Notes: generated by a model not told the origin, from the letters alone. A stretch of 64,000 nt of DNA from Schizochytrium sp. TIO01 (GCA_004764695.1 SMSO01000036.1:1178001-1242000); one strand, 5' to 3'. Shown: positions 21,801 through 31,856, numbered from the stretch's first letter. A program made the numbers and translations.

Positions 21801-24650
21801 ACCAGCTATCATGCTGTTTACACGGTGAGACCATGGCTTTCCGAAAAATGGTTGATGCAGTAAATGAAATAATAATAGCGGGATGCTATAAAGGAGCATG
21901 GCAATAACTGGAGCAAATGCTTCCCCTAATTCTGATAAATTTGCAAGAGCCTGGACCACAACGACCCATGTCTTGCACAAAAGATGAAGCCAATCGTAAC
22001 GAGGAATCACTGGTTCTGCAAGACGTTTCATTCTAGGTTTTCGATAGATCAAGTGATCGAGCGCTCCTTCAAAGAACGGAAAAATCAGAAGTAATCCTGA
22101 CATTGCCAAGAAAGCGTGAAGAGCACTGTACCAACACTGGTACTCCTCATTGAATAAAATTTCATCAATAAATTCTTTGGATGCATCGTATGAACAGCTG
22201 GTACTTGGAAAAAGCAACATACTAAGCGTTGGGGCATATAAATGTTCATACAGTAATGGTGCCAGAATAAAGTTTCTTATTGGTGCTCCCATGTCAAGCT
22301 GTCTATCTGGTACAGTGCCCTGAAAAATCTTCGTTTCATAGAAGTTAAGGAGAAGCATGCCTAGAACCAAAATGTACACACAGATGAGCATGATGCTTGG
22401 ATACATGGGTGGAGTTGACCAGGACCAGACAGCAATTGGCCCTTCGCAGGCCAGGCCTATGTTGCCTATTAGACTGGTGAGCTTAGTCGGTTTGTAGATT
22501 GAAAAGTGTTTTCGAAATCTTTCAAACTCCCTCTCCTTTCTTTTGCTTGGCATGTTGAGTCGATTCGACCATAGATGGCGGGTGCACCAAAATGCGGCCC
22601 AGAAGAAGCCAACTGTCCAAAGTATACCAGAAACAATTTTCCATTGCCGTAGAGCAGAGAGACCACGCTGGACTTGAAATCGATCGGACAGAGTGGTACG
22701 TAACCCTATGCTACCCGAATAAAATGTTGCACATATTGCTAAGGTTACATCTGAAGCAGGAAAGTCTCGAGGAATAGGGTATGCGACTTCACCAATGTAT
22801 TGCTCCGGATCTTCTGTAATATTTAGTGCATCAAACGTAAGGATTGGCCAGAAGGCCCGAACTGCTCCTGTGGCGTTGTCTACCTCACAAACCATTAGGG
22901 TCCGACCTTCTTCATCTGTACTCCCAGGAGCTGTTGCCCCAATTGAGTTCACATCAAAATGAATTTGGGATAGTCCACGTTGAAATTGATAGACAGGCAA
23001 TTTTGCCTTCCGAAGATAGACCAATGATTCTTCTTCAGAGATCCCCTCTTGATGAGCATAAGAACTTGCGAGGTTTGTAACACCAGTCATATTTTGACTG
23101 AATGTGCTTGAATCAGAAAGGCTGAATAGTGACAAATCAAAACGCGCAACCCGGTAATTTGGACGGCTTGCATATCGTGAGCAATAGTAGCCTTTGGTTG
23201 TACATAGAGATGGTTCTGACGATCCTGCTGAGCAATAATGATTGAAGGTGCATCCCTTAACAGTGTCATATGTAGTTCCGGGAGGGCAATAATATCCTTC
23301 TGGGCATTCACATGACGAATCAGAGCTCTCGTAGATTGTGAAATTGCAATAACATCCTAAGAGGACACCAACATGGGTTCTTGATGCACGAAGTCCTCCT
23401 GGGCAGCGGTGAGAGTCATCTGGAAAACTCACTAACGTCCCATTATTAACCTCGTATTCACCAGGTGTATTATCTGGACACCAATATCCAGCGGGACAGT
23501 ATGGCATAGATTCATCATCGGTGCCAGGTGGGCAGTAATATTTCGCAGGGCATGGACTATCACAGCCCTCAGCAGAGGTAGTCTGGCCATTTAATGTACC
23601 ATAGGTGCCCGCTGGACATGGTACGGGTGACGCAGAGCCAGCAGGGCAATAAAACCCCTTAGAACATACGTATTGTTGAGTGCTGTAGGAACCTTGAGGG
23701 CAGTAATGGCCAGCTTGACATATTATCGGAATACCCTTCGGACAACCAAAACCTTCGGGGCAAAGCGCAGAGGCGTCAGGGCTCTGTGCTGGGCAGTATG
23801 ACCCCGCTGGGCAGACGTTCGGGCAACTTTCAGAGGATCCTTCTGGGCACCAGCAACCCTCTTGACAATCAAGAGGTTCTGTGGTACCAGCAGGACAATA
23901 AAATCCTGCGGGACAAGATAAATTTTGAGAAGCCGACCCCACTTGGCAATATTTTCCAGCTGGGCACTCTCCATCACACTCTGCATCTGAGAGTCCCAAA
24001 GAAGAACCATAGCGACCTGCGGGACAAGGTTGAGGTGTGAGCTGGTTGCAGTAAAATCCTTGCGGACAAATGGAGAAGTCATCTGCGAGGGTACTGGCGT
24101 AGTCACAGAACCATCCAAGCCTGAGGCTGCATGGTCCAGTACAGTTTGGTGAAGACGAGCCTGTCTTATTCCCATATCGACCTTGCGGACAGGGTAAGGC
24201 ATCAGAGGCGCCTGCAGGGCAGTAAAACCCCACAGGACAGATATACTGGGTGGGTAGAGGGGATCCATCTTTACAGTAATAGCCTACATTGCACTTTGTA
24301 CAAGTTGTCGAGTTGTAGCCCTCACTGTATGTGCCACCTGGGCACTCAACACAGAGGTTACGAGCACTAAAGAAGTATGTCCCCGGACCGCATAATTCCT
24401 CAGTGTTCATCCACAGCCAAATGCCATAACCAGACCCGACAACAGCTGCAATGGAAGTGCACAAAATCAACCATGTCCGCACTGTCTTGAAGCTGCATAT
24501 AGGCAATAAACCGAAAGCACCCAAAGTTCGCCATGCATGACTTACCGGACACCTTCTTCTAGGTCGATCTGAGCTGTTTGACCTCGGTATTGCCTCTACC
24601 GGAGAGACCTTTGTGTCCATGACGCCATGGCAACTCTTTTCTTTATACAC
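18843..24650 (-). CDS. Receptor-like membrane protein: N-terminal TM anchor, Cys-rich (GCC2_GCC3/ephrin-receptor-like) repeats, ~8-9 TM helices, C-terminal RI-type leucine-rich repeats
   Basis: Many CPxGxYCPxG repeats (aa ~90-490); hydrophobic helices aa ~670-995; LRRs of type LxLxxNxIxDxGA (LHLEGNSIGD, LDLRHNQIGG, LYLDWNDIRNEG, LTLENNNISDEGA). First ATG is 10 codons inside the track ORF (~24620). Confidence 0.9.
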   Translation of the reverse strand: MYKEKSCHGVMDTKVSPVEAIPRSNSSDRPRRRCPVSHAWRTLGAFGLLPICSFKTVRTWLILCTSIAAVVGSGYGIWLWMNTEELCGPGTYFFSARNLCVECPGGTYSEGYNSTTCTKCNVGYYCKDGSPLPTQYICPVGFYCPAGASDALPCPQGRYGNKTGSSSPNCTGPCSLRLGWFCDYASTLADDFSICPQGFYCNQLTPQPCPAGRYGSSLGLSDAECDGECPAGKYCQVGSASQNLSCPAGFYCPAGTTEPLDCQEGCWCPEGSSESCPNVCPAGSYCPAQSPDASALCPEGFGCPKGIPIICQAGHYCPQGSYSTQQYVCSKGFYCPAGSASPVPCPAGTYGTLNGQTTSAEGCDSPCPAKYYCPPGTDDESMPYCPAGYWCPDNTPGEYEVNNGTLVSFPDDSHRCPGGLRASRTHVGVLLGCYCNFTIYESSDSSCECPEGYYCPPGTTYDTVKGCTFNHYCSAGSSEPSLCTTKGYYCSRYASRPNYRVARFDLSLFSLSDSSTFSQNMTGVTNLASSYAHQEGISEEESLVYLRKAKLPVYQFQRGLSQIHFDVNSIGATAPGSTDEEGRTLMVCEVDNATGAVRAFWPILTFDALNITEDPEQYIGEVAYPIPRDFPASDVTLAICATFYSGSIGLRTTLSDRFQVQRGLSALRQWKIVSGILWTVGFFWAAFWCTRHLWSNRLNMPSKRKEREFERFRKHFSIYKPTKLTSLIGNIGLACEGPIAVWSWSTPPMYPSIMLICVYILVLGMLLLNFYETKIFQGTVPDRQLDMGAPIRNFILAPLLYEHLYAPTLSMLLFPSTSCSYDASKEFIDEILFNEEYQCWYSALHAFLAMSGLLLIFPFFEGALDHLIYRKPRMKRLAEPVIPRYDWLHLLCKTWVVVVQALANLSELGEAFAPVIAMLLYSIPLLLFHLLHQPFFGKPWSHRVNSMIAGNRAAQIFGALVTAIAVAVNGLWTVPYIICLTLCMLSSWCSMAYLNEQRSIWNTKKLKRRFIDSLAAEDVEVALAYAKEYGLASGFSYQVLESLGRIGQSEAVFTLEEQCLKAEKKHRRTSIHQNSASKTPLKISQYGFMLSAWKHSVEIRLPNCCIDEEAGSRLLSSLEHLPQVRYLDLRANRLSTKCIESFLANVLPTHVGLEAVDFRKNPALKVFSISPSQVICPLLARNTKLAKLYLGDIFIVYRELPHARPGAMEGIQKLRSERKFESRNPKLRDDRIADDCEAKTKDYSFVSCWIEIHRYQRSKSNCDWVYQLFCAFFGASEAKNIWFLHVSFGGGSKYEKHMLSETANVVRNVPNVETRLLSIETIRWNIDFSSQILRLYASSKVLIHKDDAGIILACVARMPNLLLLDLNEEALHNLGGFEFASALAKNIQDQLCVVHLRQTYVVLPALSSAKCKLSLECLDIIEEIISGVQTSAIVDIRNFDFEVPQYSGRKSRFQNGHSFETSSHQEKGNARRNLARVENYEDQDRSIQRISASTKEYTNSDKPASKYETESDEENTDDEADESIRKLFPPMSLPLIVEDTPQHAAFVEAEKMRIIQATQFCPLYDAKTKKISKGIPSDREIWCAECNLGDEDMPILSCAFSSRADIAEVHLEGNSIGDKCIPELMNALFVKSKSQLRNLHFGSWNKGNRIRKKGALILAETLFGSPGPCELLCGLCAQCKEDCCKLTLLDLRHNQIGGGGCTDLLLKYPLRHLQILNLCSNNVGDVGATACAEMLCKNCHLKTIRLSHNRITAKGAHRLALALRVNTVLCELYLDWNDIRNEGCMTFSQSIPLARGLKTLTLENNNISDEGALSIGARGLGTLKELFLGNNKISDAGVLSIRDELKININLETLSLTGTQITQVAVGMFVQALESNARSSLSMLDLSKCSNITHRAREQLVKLQSLLVSRLATEETLQQHKLNPRNTGLFVFHET

Positions 24651-24849
24651 TCGTCAAAGGTTTGACCTTAGCGGTCCTCAGTGTATAGTTGAAACTAATT
24701 TTGATAGCGACTGTTGCAAGAAATTGTCCTTGCCCCATTTATGCTCTTTCCTTACACCTAGTACCTATTAGATACCCACTACCTGAGCACTACTACTGTT
24801 TATAGTAATTCTTCGTCTGCAAAACATTTATTACTATTCCAACTACAGA

Positions 24850-24852
<3 letters not shown>

Positions 24853-24889
<37 letters not shown>
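24853..24889. repeat. (AG)n microsatellite
   Basis: About 18 AG units. Confidence 0.95.
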
Positions 24890-24895
<6 letters not shown>

Positions 24896-25198
24896 AACAG
24901 GTCACTACTGACCTAGTCTGAGAAAGACGGGCCCTAGAAGTACTAGCGCTCTCTTTCAAGTCAAGCGCATACACGGCTGGCATGGCTGATAGTATTGAGG
25001 GCTAGGCAGAACAGCAGTTTTGTTCAGATAACCTCGCTTTTTCTTGCAAGCAAATCTCTGCGAGGCTGGATGCAAGTACATACCTCCTCCTTTGAGCTTA
25101 ATGTTCAGTTCTCAAGTGAGAGGTCTTCATTCTGCATTCGTCCTTGCTCATGAAGGAATTTCCTTCAATTTTGTAAAGCCGGCCTTTTCATTATTCCC

Positions 25199-25222
25199 CA
25201 TCATCATCATCATCATCATCAT
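25199..25222. repeat. (CAT)n microsatellite
   Basis: About 8 CAT units. Confidence 0.9.
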
Positions 25223-25654
25223 GAAAATCGAAACGTAAAACTCTGCGTTACCATCTCGGTACCTAGGTACACAGTACCCGTCGCTTTGACTGATAACAAT
25301 CGATCAACTTGTCGAAACCCCGACTCTTTTCGAAGAGAAGTTCGCTACTACATACCCCAAACAAAGCATTGGCGATTGGCAGACAGCAGGAATCGCAGAT
25401 GTGCGAACTCGAGTTTCTTTCCTCCTTGAGGCCATGCACTCGAGCGCTCACGGCCCATGGAGCGAGACTCCGGCGCGTGCGAGGTGTGCGTCCTCAGTGC
25501 AATGCTTCATTTCTGAAATAACACACGTAGGTGCTACGAGTTACTTTTGCCAAGTCCTCTGCTGAAGTCGCGATGTGCTCCCCAACTTCCCACGGAACGT
25601 GAGGATCAGCGCTGCTCTCTCTCAGAACAGAAGTAAGTCAGCCGAAGGCACTTA

Positions 25655-25707
25655 CTTTGCTTTGCTTTGCTTTGCTTTGCTTTAGCTTTGCTTTGCTTTA
25701 GCTTTGC
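25655..25707. repeat. (CTTTG)n pentanucleotide repeat
   Basis: ctttgctttgctttg... with occasional TTTAG variants. Confidence 0.9.
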
Positions 25708-25913
25708 ATACTCGTACGGCATACTATGCTGCTTAGTTACACGGTAGGAGTGTGTTATATTGTTGGCAGTGCCATGTGAGAGCAAATTACATTTTGGCCT
25801 ATTACATTTTGGCATTCCCAATTGGCCGCAATCGAAGAACTTCGAGACCAACCGCGGTCGGGCCCAGGGGGAGCTCGAGGTTTGAAGTTTGCACGCACTG
25901 CTGACTGCTGGAG

Positions 25914-27242
25914 GTGCTGTCGCCAGGCCGGGTTCTCAGCGTTGTGATATCTGGGTCTGTCTGCAGATCGAGAATGTCATTGCGTCCTCGGAGCGTCCTT
26001 GGCGCCATGAGGAGTTTTATGGCTATGCTTGTGCTCTTGACGGTCGCCTCAACAAAGCTTGGGCACGCCGAGTTGAATGTGGCGTCTGTTGAAGGCACTC
26101 TACTCCCCGAGGAGTGCTCTGCGGAGTCCTGCGGAGTTGCCCAAGACGACCTGCATGACCCCGAGGCGTCCATTCAATCTGGGTGTCCTCCTTGTAGCAT
26201 TCGGAATCGCGAGCCGTGTGCCAAAGGAGCTCGCAAATGTGGAGCTTGTCTTGCAGGTTTTGTAGCGCACGATGGATCCAATGGAACATTACCAGGTAAT
26301 GCACCTTGTTCCAAGGTCGACCTCGGTGTTGACACCATCTTTCTTGACGTACCTGTGGTGAACCTGGATGCCTTAAGTGGAGCTCAGGGCGAACTGACCC
26401 GACAGGAGGCATTTGAAAGTCTTCGCCGTGGCGTGGCTGATGTAGGCTTTATGCAACTCTCCCACCATGGTGTGGATCTTGAGCTGATTAATGCTGCTTT
26501 AGAGGCTTCGAAGAAGTATTTCGCACAAAGTGAGGAAACTAAACTTGAACAGGTGTATCCGTACCGCCATGCTGACAATACTGGGTATCTTCAAAAGGGT
26601 GGCGAGAACCTTGATGATGACGAAGGGCGGGGGGATCCAAAGGAAACGCTTGACTTGAACCGTGACTTGATCGTCACTAACCCATACCTAAAGGAGACGC
26701 CACTACCAATGTACTGGGAGGCTTTGAACACAGTGAAGAACAAACTACTTACAGCTTGGGAGGAGATGCTTGGCGCAGATGCTGGTTTCCTCACAGCTCA
26801 GCACAGCGGAGGTCGTAACAACTTGCGCCTGCTTCACTACTTTCCTGTTCCAACAGCCGATGAGCAACCGCGCTGTCAGGCACATACAGACTACGGCGTC
26901 ATGACTCTCCTTGTCGCAGACAGTGAAGGCCTCGAGGTGTTTAATCGCAAAACAGGCACTTTCCAGCGGATGGCATTGGCTACGGATCGTATTATTGTGA
27001 ATGTTGGTGACCTCATGCATCGTTGGTCGAATGGGAGATTTGCAAGCACATTGCACCGAGTAGTGTCAGCCCAAAGCTCTGAACCCTCTTCTCGTTACTC
27101 TATGGCTTACTTTGTTCACCCCAACAAAGATTCCATGATTGACCCCAGGGACCTCTTGGTAGACCCGTCTACTTCTGCTCAGTTTGCGCCCGTGAATGCC
27201 GTCGCGTACCTGCAAGAGCGTCTCCAGGCAACAATTGAGTAA
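25914..27242 (+). CDS. 2-oxoglutarate/Fe(II)-dependent dioxygenase (IPNS/DOXC-like) with putative signal peptide and small Cys-rich domain
   Basis: DIOX_N VPVVNL...GFMQLSHHGV; HxD AHTDYG; NVGDLMHRWSNGRFASTLHRV; RxS RYSMAYF. Hydrophobic FMAMLVLLTVAST near the likely ATG starts (~25974/26007). Confidence 0.92.
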   Translation: MLSPGRVLSVVISGSVCRSRMSLRPRSVLGAMRSFMAMLVLLTVASTKLGHAELNVASVEGTLLPEECSAESCGVAQDDLHDPEASIQSGCPPCSIRNREPCAKGARKCGACLAGFVAHDGSNGTLPGNAPCSKVDLGVDTIFLDVPVVNLDALSGAQGELTRQEAFESLRRGVADVGFMQLSHHGVDLELINAALEASKKYFAQSEETKLEQVYPYRHADNTGYLQKGGENLDDDEGRGDPKETLDLNRDLIVTNPYLKETPLPMYWEALNTVKNKLLTAWEEMLGADAGFLTAQHSGGRNNLRLLHYFPVPTADEQPRCQAHTDYGVMTLLVADSEGLEVFNRKTGTFQRMALATDRIIVNVGDLMHRWSNGRFASTLHRVVSAQSSEPSSRYSMAYFVHPNKDSMIDPRDLLVDPSTSAQFAPVNAVAYLQERLQATIE

Positions 27243-27605
27243 GAACTCAATCACGTCTACACCACTAAAATTATTTGACCTGTTAAATATCCAACAATAT
27301 TATTGAAATCATTGGTTTTGTTCTTCATAATTGTATTTTAAAAATTGTGGTTTGAAGATATTTACGAGCAATATTGTTTAGGCATGAAGTTTATAGAAAG
27401 GGGAAAAGATACTCATTCCAAATAACATTAATTTGGCGTGGTCAGGCAATTAACCTACTTTGTTTGAGAGGAGTCCAAGTTAACATAGCAGACACTTCAA
27501 TGCGATATCAGGTTACTTTTAAGCTTTTAATTTATTGAAAAAGTGTTGGTTAGAATTGAAAAGTTAAGGGTTCTACCAAAACAAGAAAGAGATTAAGTGA
27601 AACAT

Positions 27606-28259
27606 TTACTTCTTTTTCGCCGGGGGAATGAGGCCAACCTTTCGCATGAATGCAGTCTGGAAATCAAGAAGTTTGAGCACCGCCTTAGGAGGACGGCACA
27701 TCACCTCAAAGCGAGTGATTTTGCCTGTCGATGGGTCCACTGTGACCATGTCAACACCACGAAGAAACGGCCCATCCTCAGTCTCGACGTTGGCTTCAAA
27801 TTCAAGTGCAAAACCATCATCATGGAAAAACACGCGAGTGTACTTAAAGTTCTTGAAAGCCTTCGAAACACCTACCAGGGCGTACTTGATGAACTCCTTG
27901 CTGCGACGCTCTTTCCAGTATGTCGGTGCCAGAAAGACTACATTGTCATCCATGATTTCATCCATAATTTTCATCATCTCCTCGTCCCTGTTGTTGAAGC
28001 CGCATTCTAGCGCCTGATGCCATAAATTGAGGGTCTGGGCAGTCTTCTTGTTGGTCATAGCACCATTGTTGACCTTAATGCCATCAGCCTCAAAGATCTT
28101 TTGCACTTCCTCGCCAGAGATCTCACCATGTGATACTGCTGAGGTTTCCTGAGCGTTCACACTTGCGTGCATTCGTCCTTCGGTCAAACATTGTGCTGCA
28201 GGAGCTCCAAGTTGTGCTGCAAGCTTTGCAGCACGTCTTTCCTGAGGGTTCGAAGCCAT
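27606..28259 (-). CDS. SnoaL-like / NTF2-fold protein
   Basis: DDNVVFLAPT...FKNFKYTR...ALEFEANV...GVDMVTVD..GKITRFEVMCRP matches the bacterial-type SnoaL_2/NTF2 pattern. Confidence 0.8.
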   Translation of the reverse strand: MASNPQERRAAKLAAQLGAPAAQCLTEGRMHASVNAQETSAVSHGEISGEEVQKIFEADGIKVNNGAMTNKKTAQTLNLWHQALECGFNNRDEEMMKIMDEIMDDNVVFLAPTYWKERRSKEFIKYALVGVSKAFKNFKYTRVFFHDDGFALEFEANVETEDGPFLRGVDMVTVDPSTGKITRFEVMCRPPKAVLKLLDFQTAFMRKVGLIPPAKKK

Positions 28260-29067
28260 CCAGTCCGTTCTCTCAAATTCTCAACAAACACAACCCTCTT
28301 GAGCCAAATCAAGTTTTCCAAAACTCTGTGACGTGGTTGATTCCTTTCGTATCGGTCTCCAAATTAGTTTTCCCTGCTCGTGGGATCGGGACTTGAAGTC
28401 TCGAGGATTTCTCAATTGGGTTTTTGCTTCATCCCATTGAGACCATCTTAGTCAACTTTTAAGGTGAGCTACTTGGACCTTAAATTCAACACCAGGTTTA
28501 GCAGTACCAAGCCCAAGCCTCGCAACCCACAAGAACACTGTAGTACTTGTACGTGTTTTGCAAACAAACCTGTCGCTGCAGGAAGAAATTCACTTTCTCA
28601 ATCCGACACTAGCAAGACCAGGGAGGTAATGCATTATAGACCTGGCGCGCGGCAAACTAGGTCAAGAAAACATCATTTCCTACTAACTTATTCGATACTA
28701 TGGGGTGAATAGTGAGGATGTAATTATAAGTCTTTAAATGGTTTTATAAGTCCTTTTATTAAATGTACCGGTTTCTCCATTGACTTCCCGTGAAAAGTCG
28801 GGCAAAGACGCCAATTCTTTAAGAAGCCGCAGACTCTTTGGCTGCCTGCGTAGCGCTGCTGCCGGCGCTGTCGCGGGCGGGCACCCTTTTTTATAACACT
28901 TAATTTCTCGAATCTTATCCAGGGTCCTGTACCTCCTATCGTGAAGCTAGCCGTCCAGAGTCTTCAGATTCGGCCTTCGAGGGTCAACTGCTTCAAGTTC
29001 ATATCAACTTGGAGCCTGCTTTGTCGAGCCACTGTACCTTTTTGCAGCGAGATAGGATTCAAACAAC

Positions 29068-30204
29068 ATGGGCCGCAGCAACAACTCCGTCTCGTACGGG
29101 CCTATCACTGTGTTGGTGCTGATCATGGCGTATTTTTACGTAGTCTTTGTAGTCGCTTTGGTGCCACCGCTCGTTGGCAATTGGAATAGGTTTCCTGTGA
29201 ATGCGTTGTACCCTTCCTCAGATCTGGTTAACCTAGTTGTGGTGCACATCTTCTTTGCACTAACTTTGATTTCCTTTATTCGGGCAAGCTGCACACACCC
29301 TGGAATGGTTCCTCCTGTGTACCCGTTTAATCCGGATTGCCCTCGCGGGTCGCTTTTAGAAAGTGCTGAAATCGAGGAGGCCCTCGAGCAGCGTGGGTTT
29401 TTGAACTACCGTGGGATCGAGCGAAAAAACGATGGACGCCCTCGGTTTTGCCGAATTTGCGGAACGTACAAGCCGGATCGAGCGCACCACTCAACCCCAT
29501 CTGGAACGTGCGTTCTGGAGCTGGATCACATGTGTCCGTGGATTCGACAAGCAGTAGGGTACTTTAACAAAAAGTACTTTTTCTTGTTGATCTTCTACGG
29601 AGCTTGTTCACTTGTTGGATTTACGGTTGCACTAGGGCCTCGATTTTTCTTTGCTTGCAAACGCATGGTCGATGTCTTTGATTTCTTTCTTGTGTTTGGA
29701 TGGGTATTTGCGCTGCTGCTGGGTATAGTGTTATGCGTATTTACTTGTTTTCATATCTATCTCATCATAAACGCATATACAACTGTAGAGTTTTGCGAGA
29801 AGCGTCGTGCGCCGCAGGCAAAGACCACACAGGATATCAGTGTACGCGACCTTTATGCCAGAAGCCCGTACGATCTTGGCGTGTATCATAACATTAAGCA
29901 TGTTCTCGGACCAGTGTGGACCTGGCTTATTCCAACACGGTATGGAATGCCTGAAGGTATTACCGCGGGTGTTATTTTTGACATTAATATGGACCATCCA
30001 CTGTACAAAGCGGCACAGGTGGGTGACCTTGCTGAAGAAGTCTCTAAGGATGAGCGCTTCATGGGAGCAAGCACATTTAGCGGCGGTATTCCTCACGATG
30101 AGATTTCACCGGCAGCGAGTGCTGCCGTTGACTCTAATTTTCGAGGCCGTGGCTCTGTGCAATTCTATGAACAAGTCGTGCGTCGACAGAGCTTCCCTCG
30201 TTAG
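29068..30204 (+). CDS. DHHC-family protein S-acyltransferase with DHMC variant active site
   Basis: Four TM helices; HPG; CRICGTYKPDRAHH; DHMCPW; VGYFNKKYF; TTVE (TTxE); PYDLGVYHNIKHVLG (PaCCT-like). Confidence 0.93.
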   Translation: MGRSNNSVSYGPITVLVLIMAYFYVVFVVALVPPLVGNWNRFPVNALYPSSDLVNLVVVHIFFALTLISFIRASCTHPGMVPPVYPFNPDCPRGSLLESAEIEEALEQRGFLNYRGIERKNDGRPRFCRICGTYKPDRAHHSTPSGTCVLELDHMCPWIRQAVGYFNKKYFFLLIFYGACSLVGFTVALGPRFFFACKRMVDVFDFFLVFGWVFALLLGIVLCVFTCFHIYLIINAYTTVEFCEKRRAPQAKTTQDISVRDLYARSPYDLGVYHNIKHVLGPVWTWLIPTRYGMPEGITAGVIFDINMDHPLYKAAQVGDLAEEVSKDERFMGASTFSGGIPHDEISPAASAAVDSNFRGRGSVQFYEQVVRRQSFPR

Positions 30205-31331
30205 TCCATGTCAAGGTTCAATCAAAGTTGGCGTGCATATTCAATGTTGCATACGCCTTCGGTCTATTCAAGTTTGCAATATGCTAAGCATATAAATGCG
30301 ACGGCGTGCCTAAGATCAATGGAATGTAATCTATTTGCTTCATAATTTGAGATCAATTATTTTGTAAGCTTGAAATATCGGAAGTAAAAGTTAGACTTCA
30401 GTTGCCATCGACCCATCTCTCCAATTGAGTATTGACATGTCGAAAGAAGTGACAATTTATGATCATACTCTCTGGTCTTGGGTTACCTCGTGGAGTGTAG
30501 AAAGGATGAGCTAGCTTCAGAGAATAATCAGAAAAGAACATCAAGAAGGGGGGAGTGCGAAGAAAGATTCAACGTAGTTTATTCATTTTTTTTGGCAAGT
30601 GCTTAGGTAACTGGGGAAAAAGCAAAGAGGTATTGGCATTGGGACACAGAGGCCACGAGGAAATGAGACGTAAGACAGGTTGAGCAAGCAAACCCTTCAT
30701 GTTGCCCGCAAGAAATCATCTCCAGGTAAGACTTGGCCACTGTGGCACGTTTAAGGCAGTCAGCCGAGGAGGGCTTTGGCCTTTTAGCAAATGTATGTAG
30801 TGTGCAGGTAACGTGGGCGAGTTTTCGAAGGAGAAGGTAAGGTAATTATGCAAGAGGTAAACGCGGATTGGGCGTAGAGCCTGAGCAGTTATATAGTGTA
30901 GCCAACCCCAGAGCAGTCCTCGAAGCAAAGTTGCAATCATCCAGACTAGTAGAGTCAATCAATTAATCATTTACTCAAGATCACCGCAACCCGGCCTGAA
31001 AGTCTTGCCTGAAATCAACCAAATCGAAACTACCAAACTTAACAGGCTTCAAAATAACCTGAAGATCTAGATCAGACGATTTGGCGGCCCTGAACAAACT
31101 TTAGACTTCCACAAAATATTGGGTGCACGCACACATGCAGCAATATTATCTCACCTAGACCAACGGGAAATCCCGCTAAGCAAAGCGAACGCCTGCAGCG
31201 TCGCAGGGGCAGAACAAATGATGACATTCACAAACACAGATCGAGCCGATTTGAGTCGAAATCAAATTGGGTTTGATTCAATCAAAATTTGATCGAAGAA
31301 GTATTGCAATAGCTAGGGAGTTCGTAGCAAA

Positions 31332-31772
31332 TTAGTTCTTCTCCTGCGGTGCTGAGATGGCCTTGAGCGAAAAGTGCTCAGAAACATCAGTCCAGGCCGA
31401 GCCAACACCAACGCCGGCGCCAAAGCCGGTAAACATAAGGCGTGATCCAGAGCGGCGGAGAAACACGAGTGAGATGGCAGCGCCGACAGCGAGGCCAGAG
31501 ACGGCAGCGATGGTGACATCTTCGGCAGCGATCTGAAGCTGGCGGCGGCTACGGAGCTCGCTGGGCACATCAGCGAGCTGCTGCTGGCGTCGGCTCTCAA
31601 TTGCTTCGCGAACCTCGGCGTGGCGCTCCTGCACTACGCTACCAAGACCGCGAAGCTTCGAGGCCGCGGTGGAGGCCAGAGAGCGCAGCTGCGCGGTCGC
31701 CTCATCCGCAGACTCTGGCAACTTAAAAGACGAAGAAGGTCCCTTCTCGGGCGCTGCGTTATCTCCAGACAT
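31332..31772 (-). CDS. MIC10: MICOS complex subunit Mic10 with N-terminal extension
   Basis: Two Gly-rich TM segments SGLAVGAAISLVF and GFGAGVGVGSAW (GxGxGxG) separated by basic LRR loop residues; ATG at 31772. Confidence 0.8.
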   Translation of the reverse strand: MSGDNAAPEKGPSSSFKLPESADEATAQLRSLASTAASKLRGLGSVVQERHAEVREAIESRRQQQLADVPSELRSRRQLQIAAEDVTIAAVSGLAVGAAISLVFLRRSGSRLMFTGFGAGVGVGSAWTDVSEHFSLKAISAPQEKN

Positions 31773-31856
31773 CCTAAAAGATAATTCGATGCTCCTACTG
31801 CTGTTGCTGCGCTTGACGAAGGCGCCACGGACCACGCAAATCGATCTCACGCGAAG

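Noticed and set aside
25914-28259. Biosynthetic gene cluster (2OG oxygenase + SnoaL-like protein)
   Set aside because: Only two convergent genes, with no PKS, NRPS or terpene core nearby; neighbours are housekeeping genes.
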